Below, one piece after another: positions 28,117-37,366 of a stretch of 40,129 nucleotides of DNA. The stretch's first letter is position 1, and each line of letters begins with the position of its first letter. The position numbers and the translations under genes are program-made. The DNA is from an uncultured delta proteobacterium. GTDB taxonomy: Bacteria > Desulfobacterota > WTBG01. A model generated the notes under the pieces. The model had not been told where the DNA came from. It did not search any database and was given only the letters and a program-made list of their open reading frames with translations. The DNA is taken from assembly GCA_963793865.1 (NCBI GenBank), contig CAWCBP010000013.1:1-40129 (forward strand). The letters run 5' to 3'.

Positions 28117-29193
28117 ATGATCGATGTAATGAAGGCATTGGATGAGCGGCTCAAGCTGGGATGGATGATCTCCCTGGCGCGCCACAAGCTGGTACCCGTC
28201 CACAAACACTCGGTGTGGTACTACCTGGGCGCCCTGCTGCTCTTTCTCTTCGTGATCCAGGCCATCACCGGCGCCATGCTCCTCTTTTACTACAAGCCCG
28301 CGGCGGAAACCGCGCGTCAGAGTATTGCCGAGATCATGGTGGCGGTGCCCTACGGATGGCTGGTCCGCTCCGTGCACCACTGGGCGAGCAACCTCATGAT
28401 CGTCCTCACCTTTGTCCATTTCTTTTCGACCCTGCTGGTCAAGGCCTACCGTCGTCCCCGCGAGCTTACCTGGCTCACCGGATCGGTGATGCTGCTGCTG
28501 GTGCTCTTCTTCGGGTACAGCGGCTACACCCTTCCCTATGACGAGCGCGCATTCTTCGCCTTTAACGTGGGGACCGACATGGCAGGGGCTGTCCCGGTGG
28601 TGGGCACCTACCTGATGGAGTTCCTCCGCGGCGGTGAAATAGTGGGGACCAACATCCTGAACCGGTTTTTTGCCTTCCACGTGGGAGTGCTGCCCCTGGC
28701 CCTGCTTGCCGTGATCGTGGTGCACGTCATCCTGGTGCAGCTGCACGGCATGAGCGTGCCCATATCGGTGCTGAAGAAAGCCGAGGCCGAGAAGCGGGAG
28801 ATACCGGGCAAACCCATGTTCCCCCATTTTCTCTGGCACGATGCCGTCAACTGCCTGCTGCTTTTCGGAGGGCTGGTGACGCTGGCCATGCTCATTCCCT
28901 CGGAGCTCGGCCCTGAGATCGATCTCTTGAAGCCGGCGCCGGAGGGGGTGAAACCGGACTGGTTTTTCCTCTGGGTCTACCAGATTCTGAAATGGATGCC
29001 CACCTACGTGCTGAGCATCGAGGGAGAAATTGCGGGGATTGTCGGCCTTATCGGTGCGGCACTGGTTATTGTCTTCGCGCCCTTTATTGACCGCAGGGCC
29101 CAGAGGAATGAGCGCAGCCCGTTCTTCACCGCGCTGGGCTGGCTGGCGGTGCTGGTATTCGTGGTCTGCAGCATTATTGGATATCTTTCCTGA
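28117..29193 (+). CDS. qcrB: Cytochrome b of a Rieske/cytb complex (b6-like plus subunit IV-like in one chain)
   Basis: GWLVRSVHHWASNLM..VHFF, RPRELTW, SGYTLPYD, RFFAFHVGVLP..VH, KPDWFF (PEWY variant), PFIDR. Confidence 0.92.
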   Translation: MIDVMKALDERLKLGWMISLARHKLVPVHKHSVWYYLGALLLFLFVIQAITGAMLLFYYKPAAETARQSIAEIMVAVPYGWLVRSVHHWASNLMIVLTFVHFFSTLLVKAYRRPRELTWLTGSVMLLLVLFFGYSGYTLPYDERAFFAFNVGTDMAGAVPVVGTYLMEFLRGGEIVGTNILNRFFAFHVGVLPLALLAVIVVHVILVQLHGMSVPISVLKKAEAEKREIPGKPMFPHFLWHDAVNCLLLFGGLVTLAMLIPSELGPEIDLLKPAPEGVKPDWFFLWVYQILKWMPTYVLSIEGEIAGIVGLIGAALVIVFAPFIDRRAQRNERSPFFTALGWLAVLVFVVCSIIGYLS

Positions 29194-29211
29194 ACCGGGA
29201 GATTTTTTGTA

Positions 29212-29538
29212 ATGGCCCGTTTGTGTATTCATGTAGTCACACTGATTGCGACCCTGGCGGTCACGATCGTTGCCGTTCCGGCCCGATCAACATATGCTCA
29301 GGAGGCGCCCGCGGTACGAACCATAACCGTGGAGGAGGTGAAATCGGAGGGAGATAAAGGTCCCGAAGTTATAACCTCCGAGCAGGTGGAGGCGGCACGG
29401 ACAATGACCCCTGAGCGCATGTACGCCCTGCTGTGCCTGTGGGCGCTGATCATCCTCGCAATAGTGTTAATCCGCTTCCAGGTCCGGGATGATGAGAAAC
29501 TGTACGAGGAAGGATACTATTCGAGGGAGATTGAGTAG
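29212..29538 (+). CDS. Small membrane protein (signal peptide plus C-terminal TM helix), no heme motif
   Basis: Co-oriented, 18 bp after cytochrome b; N-terminal hydrophobic segment and YALLCLWALIILAIVLI. Confidence 0.65.
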   Translation: MARLCIHVVTLIATLAVTIVAVPARSTYAQEAPAVRTITVEEVKSEGDKGPEVITSEQVEAARTMTPERMYALLCLWALIILAIVLIRFQVRDDEKLYEEGYYSREIE

Positions 29539-29544
29539 GGGAGA

Positions 29545-29752
29545 GGATGCAGGATACATGATGCATGATGCAGGGGAAAAGACAAATCCGAAATTCTAAA
29601 CAAATTCTAATGACCAAAATTCAAATAGCAGACAAACAGTAAACCGTGCCGGTAGGAGCAGCTTTCAGCTGCGAAAGTAAACCGGGGTTTTTGCCTGCTC
29701 CCTGAACCCTGCACCCTAAACCCTGACCCCTGTAAACTGTCAACTGTAAACT
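29545..29752. repeat. Cluster of heptamer microsatellites plus a GTAG palindrome
   Basis: (g/t)gat(g/a)ca x4 at 29545-29572; aaattct-like units at 29584-29626; gtaggagcagctttcagctgcga at 29652; cctgaac-like x5 and t(a/c)aactg x3 at 29694-29752. Confidence 0.7.
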
Positions 29753-29777
29753 AATGTTCAGCACCTAAGGAGATCGG

Positions 29778-30947
29778 ATGAAGATCCATGAATTTCAGGC
29801 AAAAAAGATTTTGAAGAAATATGATGTTCCTATTCCCAATGGCGGCGTGGCAAAATCGGCCGCGCGGGCGAAAAAGATCGCCGAAAAATTGGGCGGCAAG
29901 ATTGTAGTCAAGGCCCAGATCCATGCGGGCGGCCGGGGGAAGGGCGGGGGTGTGAAGGTGGTGTCAACCCCTGATGAGGCTTTCTCGGCAGCCAAACAGA
30001 TCATCGGCATGAACCTGGTCACCCACCAGACCGGACCTGAAGGAAGAAAGGTGAAGCAGGTGCTGGTCGAAGAAGGGCTGGACATCGTCAAAGAGCTCTA
30101 CCTCGGAATCGTGGTTGACCGGGCGCAGGCAGTCCCGGTGATCATGGTCTCAGAGGCCGGCGGCATGGACATAGAAGAAGTGGCGGCAAAATCACCGGAG
30201 AAGATACTCAAGGTGGGCGTTGATCCGGCGACCGGCTTCATGGGCTTCCACGCCCGCAAGCTCTCGTACGGCCTGGGGTTGCCGAAGGAGCTGCACGCGC
30301 AGGCCGCGACCCTGTTCAAGCAGCTATTCACCATTTTCATGGAGAACGACGCGACCCTGGTGGAGATCAATCCGCTGGTGATCACCGGCGATAACCGCCT
30401 GATTGCCCTGGACGCGAAAATGACCTTTGATGACGACGCGCTCTTCCGGCATCCTGAGATCAAGGAGTTCTATGACGTGGATGAGGTTGACCCGCTGGAA
30501 AACCAGGCATCCCAGCACAAGCTCAATTACATCAAGCTCGACGGCAACGTGGGCTGCATGGTGAACGGAGCGGGGCTGGCCATGGCGACAATGGATATCA
30601 TCAAGCTGGCCGGCGGAAATCCGGCCAACTTCCTGGACGTGGGTGGCGGCGCTTCCGCCGACCAGGTGGAGCAGGCCTTCAAAATTTTGCTGGCAGACAA
30701 GAAGGTCAAGGTGGTGCTGGTCAACATTTTTGGCGGCATCCTGCGCTGCGATAGGGTGGCAACCGGCATCGTGGAGGCCGCTAAAAAAGTGGGCTTGAAT
30801 CTCCCCATGGTGATCAGGCTGGAAGGCACCAACGTGGATGAAGGAAGGAGAATTTTAAAGGATTCGGGGCTTGCCTTTGATGTGGCGGTGGATTTCCGTG
30901 ACGCTGCGGACAAGGTGGCAGGCATCACTTCGGCAATGGCCCGCTAG
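29778..30947 (+). CDS. sucC: Succinyl-CoA synthetase beta subunit
   Basis: MKIHEFQAK, VKAQIHAGGRGKGGGV, EINPL, GCMVNGAGLAMATMD, NFLDVGGGA, NIFGGILRCD. Confidence 0.97.
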   Translation: MKIHEFQAKKILKKYDVPIPNGGVAKSAARAKKIAEKLGGKIVVKAQIHAGGRGKGGGVKVVSTPDEAFSAAKQIIGMNLVTHQTGPEGRKVKQVLVEEGLDIVKELYLGIVVDRAQAVPVIMVSEAGGMDIEEVAAKSPEKILKVGVDPATGFMGFHARKLSYGLGLPKELHAQAATLFKQLFTIFMENDATLVEINPLVITGDNRLIALDAKMTFDDDALFRHPEIKEFYDVDEVDPLENQASQHKLNYIKLDGNVGCMVNGAGLAMATMDIIKLAGGNPANFLDVGGGASADQVEQAFKILLADKKVKVVLVNIFGGILRCDRVATGIVEAAKKVGLNLPMVIRLEGTNVDEGRRILKDSGLAFDVAVDFRDAADKVAGITSAMAR

Positions 30948-30998
30948 CGGTGTGAAGCGGGATCTTCTGATAACGACTGATACGATAAGGAGCACGCG

Positions 30999-31874
30999 GT
31001 GAGCATTTTAATCGATAAAAATACCAGGGTGGTTGTTCAGGGAATAACCGGCGGCGAAGGAAGCTTTCATGCCCGGCAGATGGTGGAATACGGAACCAAA
31101 GTTGTGGCGGGGGTGACGCCGGGGAAGGCAGGACAGGCGGTCGACAGCATACCGGTCTTCAACCGGGTGGAGGACGCGGTGAAGCAGGCGGGCGCCAACG
31201 CATCGTGCATATTTGTGCCGGCAGCGTTTGCAGCGGACGCCATTGTGGAATCTGTCGATGCCGGGGTCGATCTGGTGGTCTGCATAACTGAAGGCATCCC
31301 GGTGTTGGAGATGGTCAGGGTGCGGAGCTACCTCAAGGGAAAGAAGACCAGGCTTATCGGACCCAACTGCCCCGGCCTGATCAGCCCGGGAAAAAGCAAG
31401 ATCGGCATCATGCCCGGACCCATCCACCGCGAAGGTTCGGTGGGTTTAATTTCCCGCAGCGGGACCCTCACCTACGAGGTGGTCTGGCAGTTGAGCCAGC
31501 GGGGCATAGGCCAGTCAACCTGCATCGGCATCGGCGGCGATCCGCTGGTGGGCACCTCGTTTGTCGATCTGCTGGATCTGTTCAACCAGGACGCCGCGAC
31601 CGAGCTGATCGTGATTATCGGTGAAATCGGCGGCACCGCCGAGGAAGAGGCCGCGGCATTTGTAAAGGAGCGGGTGAAGAAGCCGGTGGTGGGATTCATC
31701 GCCGGGCAGACCGCCCCGCCCGGCAGACGCATGGGACATGCCGGCGCCATTATCTCCGGCGGCAAAGGCACCGCGGCAGAAAAAAATGCCGCCTGGAAGC
31801 AGGCAGGCATCACCGTGGCCACCAACCCCGCATTGGTGGGCGATGCAGTGGCGGCGATACTAAAAAAGGGTTGA
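30999..31874 (+). CDS. sucD: Succinyl-CoA synthetase alpha subunit
   Basis: [44 protein letters not shown]. Confidence 0.97.
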   Translation: MSILIDKNTRVVVQGITGGEGSFHARQMVEYGTKVVAGVTPGKAGQAVDSIPVFNRVEDAVKQAGANASCIFVPAAFAADAIVESVDAGVDLVVCITEGIPVLEMVRVRSYLKGKKTRLIGPNCPGLISPGKSKIGIMPGPIHREGSVGLISRSGTLTYEVVWQLSQRGIGQSTCIGIGGDPLVGTSFVDLLDLFNQDAATELIVIIGEIGGTAEEEAAAFVKERVKKPVVGFIAGQTAPPGRRMGHAGAIISGGKGTAAEKNAAWKQAGITVATNPALVGDAVAAILKKG

Positions 31875-32001
31875 GGGTGCAGGGATCAGGGTTCAGGGAA
31901 AAACAAACCTTTCACCACGAAGCCCACGAAGAGGTGAAAAAAAGAACACGAAGAAAAACCAGAAAAACATTTCGTAGGGGCGACCGGCCGGTCGCCCTTA
32001 C
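31875..32001. repeat. Heptamer array, cacgaag repeats and GTAG-type REP copy 4
   Basis: gggtgca-gggatca-gggttca (31875-31898); cacgaag x3 (31916-31953); gtaggggcgaccggccggtcgcccttac (31974-32001). Confidence 0.75.
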
Positions 32002-32093
32002 GTTTGATTGGGTGTTTAACCTCTAAATAAATCGCATTGTCATTCAGAGAGGCCCCATATTTTATTTAGATTTTGGTGAATGATTAATATTCA

Positions 32094-32291
32094 TTATAAA
32101 TGTTTTTTAAATTCTTTAATGCTCAGCCCTGCGTCTTTAACAATTCCTGCCAGAGTGAAAGCATTGATGGGGTTTGTCCGCGGTATAGTAATGATGCGTT
32201 CCCCGTTAGTCATGGTTATGTGCTTGCCCTGTCTTGCAATCCAGAAGGCTTTAACCGCTTGCTGGTGGTTAATGCCGGATAGTTGTGGCAT
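32094..32291 (-). CDS. hicA: HicA family toxin (possibly with a short internal deletion)
   Basis: MPQLSGINHQQAVKAF..RQGKHITM..ITIPR..TLAGIVKDAGLSIKEF; adjacent to hicB. Confidence 0.8.
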   Translation of the reverse strand: MPQLSGINHQQAVKAFWIARQGKHITMTNGERIITIPRTNPINAFTLAGIVKDAGLSIKEFKKHL

Positions 32292-32294
32292 GCC

Positions 32295-32489
32295 TTAACA
32301 TACTTCCACATAGCGAGATTTCTTGCCTTTACTTAATTCCTCAACAGTCTCAAGATATGCGTGGATTGCGTCCTTGATATTTTCCAGTGCCTCCTTCTCG
32401 GTATTGCCCTGCGACCAGCACCCGGGCAAACCCGGAACCCACACCGCATAACCCTCATCTGTCTTTTTAAGATTTACTTTATAGTTCAT
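32295..32489 (-). CDS. hicB: HicB family antitoxin
   Basis: GYAVWVPGLPGCWSQGNTEKEALENIKDAI. Confidence 0.9.
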   Translation of the reverse strand: MNYKVNLKKTDEGYAVWVPGLPGCWSQGNTEKEALENIKDAIHAYLETVEELSKGKKSRYVEVC

Positions 32490-32637
32490 GCGAAACCTCT
32501 TTCTTCTTTTATATTCAAATGACTTCCTTTGCTATGTTGCATCACATGTTTAATCTATCTTGTTTTGTTATCTTTGTAAAGTGCAGGCTGCGCGACCTTA
32601 GCTGGAAATTTCGTGACACCTGCCGGTCTAACCGGCT

Positions 32638-32677
32638 ATATTTCTTACCGGTTGAAGCCTTAACCGGAAAGAAATAT
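32638..32677. repeat. 16-bp inverted repeat (hairpin or operator)
   Basis: atatttcttaccggtt / aaccggaaagaaatat, 15/16 complementary, 8-nt loop. Confidence 0.6.
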
Positions 32678-32720
32678 CACCGGAAGTAAGCCTATGATAG
32701 AAACAAGAGTACCCATGTGT

Positions 32721-32935
32721 AAAGGGGGGACACTCTTAAATAAGTAAATTGACAACGCTGCGAGGCATTAAGAGTTGGCCTATGGATGGGCCTTTCTTCC
32801 TTATCCTGTCCATTTCCCCTTATGAACCGGGCAGGTGCCCTTTTCTAAGGTGATGAGGAGCATCCCCGATGTGGGTTATGCATCATTAATTCATAAACTG
32901 AAAGTTATTTATTTTCTTAAGAGCGTCCCCCCTTT
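32721..32935 (+). mobile_element. Degenerate element with GGGGAC-type inverted ends enclosing a Y1/RAYT-like transposase remnant
   Basis: aaaggggggacactcttaa / ttaagagcgtccccccttt (18/19). The interior from 32778 translates AYGWAFLPYPVHFPL*TGQVPFSKVMRSIPDVGYA. Confidence 0.6.
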
Positions 32936-33186
32936 CTATGACGGAGCATGCATGGCCCTCCATCTTTAAATGTCACCCTGCGAAGCAGGAGCCGTCGTCC
33001 TTCGACTTGATCGCAGGATCCATTAAATCGCCCCTTTGTTTTATTGGCTCGAAATTACCACACCGCTTCCCCAGTGGCTTGATCAAGCCAGTGATGCCGC
33101 ATACCCCCCACCATTGAAACCAGGTTTCTCGTAGGAAAATATCGGTAATTGCTTGTCTATTTTATAAATGAAATCAATTGGTTTCT

Positions 33187-33202
33187 TGGCCAATTTATTG
33201 CA
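33187..33202 (+). promoter_or_regulatory. Putative sigma54 (-24/-12) promoter
   Basis: TGGCCA-ATTTA-TTGCA with exact GG-N10-GC spacing, upstream of the secreted-protein run. Confidence 0.5.
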
Positions 33203-33220
33203 TTATATTTTTTAATACTG

Positions 33221-33270
33221 GTAGGAGCGGCTTTTAGCCGCGAATGTATCGCGCATAAATGCGCGCCTGC
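33221..33270. repeat. GTAG-type REP doublet
   Basis: gtaggagcggcttttagccgcga followed by an inverted related unit tcgcgcataaatgcgcgcctgc; related to the unit at 29652. Confidence 0.65.
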
Positions 33271-33467
33271 CGGTATGTAAATGTGTTTGGCTGGAATCGG
33301 AGCAGAGTTTCCTGGAATGAGGATTCCTTCAGAGGTAGCAATGTGATGTAATATTTTTTAGTGTATGTGGAGCGTTCGCATGATTGTCACTGGAAAACAC
33401 AACCCCGCTTGTTCTTAGATGAAGAACTCTAAGCATGCGGGGTTAATTTGTTTCAGAGGAGGTGCCT

Positions 33468-33836
33468 ATGAAAAAGATTCTGGTCTTCAGTCTGATTCTC
33501 ACCATGATATTCCCAGCATATTGTTTTGCCGGACCACGCAGGGCTTTACCCACGGAAGAGGAATTTTTGGAAGAAATCATGCTGCTTCTGAAAGACGGGA
33601 AAGTACAGGAAGAGGAAATAGTTACATTATATGAAAAATTAAATCCGGATCAGGTAACAACGTTGGGGACTGAATGTTTCGTGATAACCACATTGCTTGC
33701 ATTGTGGCTCGTAATAATTACTTTGAACCACTTGGACTTTAGCGGTGGCCCGCTGGAAATTCTGCTTAATCTGATATTACTGTCCTTTGAACTTCGCATG
33801 GGTTTCTATCTTTTTTTTGGATGTTTTATTGGTTAG
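33468..33836 (+). CDS. Hypothetical exported/membrane protein, paralog of 37367..37735
   Basis: GAGGAGG RBS; MKKILVFSLILTMIFPAYCFA signal; hydrophobic C-terminal half. Confidence 0.75.
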   Translation: MKKILVFSLILTMIFPAYCFAGPRRALPTEEEFLEEIMLLLKDGKVQEEEIVTLYEKLNPDQVTTLGTECFVITTLLALWLVIITLNHLDFSGGPLEILLNLILLSFELRMGFYLFFGCFIG

Positions 33837-33845
33837 GGGCTGCAT

Positions 33846-35118
33846 ATGCAAAAAACAAAACTATTTCTTGCCATCAGTCTGTTTGCCTTTTCTCTTATCC
33901 GTGATCATCACTTTACTTATGCAGGGTGGCAGTTTGAATCTATTGATTCATACGAGAGAAATTCCAGACTAACGCAGAGCACTGACTTTTATGCCGCTAT
34001 CGGAAACGATGGCTCAGTTCATGTTCTGTATTTAAAAGACAATCCTGAACTGACCTTTCCAACGTCAATTTGTTATCTATGCATACAAGGACGAGTCAGG
34101 TTGGCATAATGAGGATATAACCCGTTTCATTCGAGGGGCAGGAGTGCCATACCAAAATCTATATCTCTCCTTGAGCCTGGATTCGAAAAACAATGTGTAT
34201 ATAAGTTACCCGAGTGGCCGCATCCTTTATCTCATGACAAACAGTTCAGGCACATGGATAACTGACGCCATCTTCGCCGACGTGTCTGATTTATTATTTG
34301 GTCCTGAGAGTATTGTTTTTGATTCACATGATAACCCGCACACGGCATTCCACTATGGAGATAAACAGTACTATGAGTTTAAAGATAGCTCAGGGTGGCA
34401 TATTGAAACGGTTGAGGAAGTTTCCTATTTGGATTCCATGGATGTAGATTCGAATAACTATCCCCATGGTATATCTCTCCAGGAACAAGATGAGGATTAT
34501 AGATGTTTTTTAACGTACGTATATAAGGATAGTACGGGATGGCATACTGAAGCTGTTGATGGGAAAAAACTATATTGTGCCACTGATTGCTCTATGACCC
34601 TCGACTCCAATGATCAGGCGCACATACTATACGAAGATTCCACTCAGAATGGATTGATATTCTATTACACTACCAATGCCTCCGGGGAATGGTTGACGGA
34701 GGAGGTCATAAATAAACGTCATGATGATGTCAGCCTATGGTTTACCGACGCAATAGTCCTTGATGCGGATAATAAACCCCACCTGAGCTATACCCTGTGG
34801 TCCGATTGGGACTTTATTTTAACCTTTTATTTTAAAGAAAACAGTATATGGCATGCCACAAGAGATTCATCAGGGTGGAATAAAACGATGGTCAAGCAGG
34901 CCGCTACATTGGAAATGATATTTTGGCCCTTGCTGCCATCTTATAAGTTCGGCAGTATAATCGAAGCTCCACCTACAATTAAAGTGGATCCAGACGGGAA
35001 TCCCCATCTTTTTTATCTCAGCACCTCCTACATTTATCCCTATTATTTACAGTACTTCCCTGATTTTCCCTTCAAGGGGGTAAGAACTTATTGGAACCAT
35101 GCTTACTACGAGCCATAA
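33846..35118 (+). CDS. Secreted beta-propeller-like repeat protein; frameshift near 34065 joins ORFs 33846 and 34144
   Basis: Signal peptide; recurring W-x-x-E-x-V(D) and LDS-x-(D/N)-x-PH units. The alternative frame VIYAYKDESGWHNED is continuous with ORF 34144. Confidence 0.65.
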
Positions 35119-35138
35119 ACTATGTCTTCCATAGAGAG

Positions 35139-35307
35139 GGGGACGCTCGTGCAGAAATTACCGCATTGACGATGCTTTTTATGATCCAAAAGAATTGTTT
35201 GCAATTTGATTCAAGGAACCGACCGTACCTGATCATGCGGATTAAAGAATGGTGATCTCTATCAGGTGTTCTCCTTAACGCAAAGCAATTTCTGCACGAA
35301 CGTCCCC
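35139..35307. mobile_element. Second small element with GGGGAC-type inverted ends
   Basis: ggggacgctcgtgcagaaatt / aatttctgcacgaacgtcccc, 20/21 complementary. Confidence 0.6.
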
Positions 35308-35399
35308 TTTGTCGATAAGTGGGCGGGGTTATGTTTTTTGAGGGAAATGCATTACATGATTTGTAAGTGTCAAACTGTTCTTTAATACGGAGGGGATTG

Positions 35400-37322
35400 A
35401 TGAAAAAGACAATAGGTATAGTTTTATTGGGCATAGTTACAGGTTTTATACCAGACCATGGATTTACGGCAGACTGGTCTGCCATGACCAGCGGGACGAC
35501 TAGCAATCTTAATGGTGTTTGGGGGTGGTCCGAGATTGATGTATTGGCCGTGGGAGATGACGGCACCATCCTCCACTATGACGGCACTGCCTGGTCTGCC
35601 ATGACAAATCCCACGACTGCTAATCTCAATGGAGTTTGGGGAACATTCGGCAATGATGTGTTTGCCGTAGGAGATAGCGGTACCATCCTTTATTATGGCG
35701 GCACCGCGTGGTCTACTATGACAAGCCCTACGACTACTAATCTCAATGATGTCTGGGGAACATCTGGTAATGATGTGTTTGCCGTTGGGGATAACGGTAC
35801 AATCCTCCGCTATGACGGTACTGCCTGGTCCTGGTCTAGTATGACAAGTCTCACGACAAATAATCTCAATGGAGTCTGGGGGAACATCCGGTAATAATGT
35901 GTTTGCCGTTGGGGATAACGGTACAATCCTCCGCTATGACGGTACTGCCTGGTCCTGGTCTAGTATGACAAGTCTCACGACAAATAATCTTAATGGTGTC
36001 TGGGGAACATCCGGCTAATAATGCATTTGCCGTAGGAGATAGTGGTACCATCTTTTTCTATAGCGGCACGCTCTGGTTCCCATTTGGTTATTCCGTGGAT
36101 GATAATAACATCACCTTCACTGGTAATCTGAATACCATCTGGGGTCTCCCGGGTTCGGAATTTTCTATATATGAGGATTTCTTTGTAGTTGGCGATGCTG
36201 GTACTATAGCAAACTTACGCGGGGGTTTCATGGACAGCGGGACTACTGAAAACCTCTATGATGTCTGGGGACGCACGGGGACCGATGTTTTTGCTGTGGG
36301 AGCGAACGGGACAATACTTCACTACACTCCCCCATTATGTATGTCTGTGAATCCGCATTCCGGGTATAAATGGCAAACACTTGATGTCACAATTACTGCC
36401 GTTAATAGTCATTTTATGGATGAGGAATCCACCGTTGCATTTGGATGCAATGGCATTACCATTGAAAATATAACGATAAGTTCTCCGACCCAGATTACTG
36501 CCACTATTACCATTGCCCCTAGTGCTCCTTTCGAATTCTGCGATGTAACGGTAACCACCGGAGATGAAATCATTACCTGTACCGATTTATTTGTTATACA
36601 AAAGCGAAGAAATATTTTCTCCCTTAATGGAACAGTATGGAATAGCGTGCTATTTAGGATTATTTGTACCTCCCCCTGAAGGCCCTGTGTTACAGCAAGC
36701 TGTGCTTTTATGTCGTTTTACCAAGGAAAGGTATATTACTGCGATGATGCATCTTGCCGAACTGACTGCGAACTAGGTGCCTATTTCACTTCTACATTGA
36801 TTTGGGCGTGGTCAGCATTGATTTGGGGATATTTATCCCGTATGCCTTTGAATTGGCTATTTTGCAACCAATCGGATTAGGATATTACACAAGCGGAGGA
36901 TTCAGCTGTGGTTATATGTGTGTTTCTATTATGCAAATGGCATCATGTACAAGGTCAATGATAATTGGACACCGAATGATGCAGATAATGACGGAATTTG
37001 GGATTATGAAGGAGACAACTGTACTGTTGATTCTAACCCTGACCAGACGGACACGGATAATGACGGAAGAGGTGATGTGTGTGATAACTGTCCTCTAGCA
37101 CCAAACTTTCAACATTTAGGAACCTGTATTGACTCTTCCGCTTCAATGGAAACGTGTACTATCGATGCCGACTGCAGTGGTGAAGGAACTTGTAGTAGGA
37201 ATCAGGAAGATGCAGATGGAGATGGAATAGGTGATGCCTGCGATAACTGTCCGGATGTAAAAAATCCTTATCAGAAGGACAAGGATAATGACAACGTGGG
37301 TGATGCGTGTGACAGAGATTAA
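35400..37322 (+). CDS. Large secreted mosaic protein: VWG..DVFAVGD.GTIL.YDG propeller repeats, Ig-like domain, thrombospondin type 3 repeats; several frameshifts (may be two genes)
   Basis: Signal peptide and 39-41 aa repeats in ORFs 35367 and 35993. SVNPHSG..TLDVTIT..CDVTVTTG Ig-like segment. DxDxDGxGDxCDNCP repeats in ORF 36918. Confidence 0.6.
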
Positions 37323-37366
37323 GATTCCGTAGTTACTGCCAATAATAACCGCAGGAGGGGATGACA

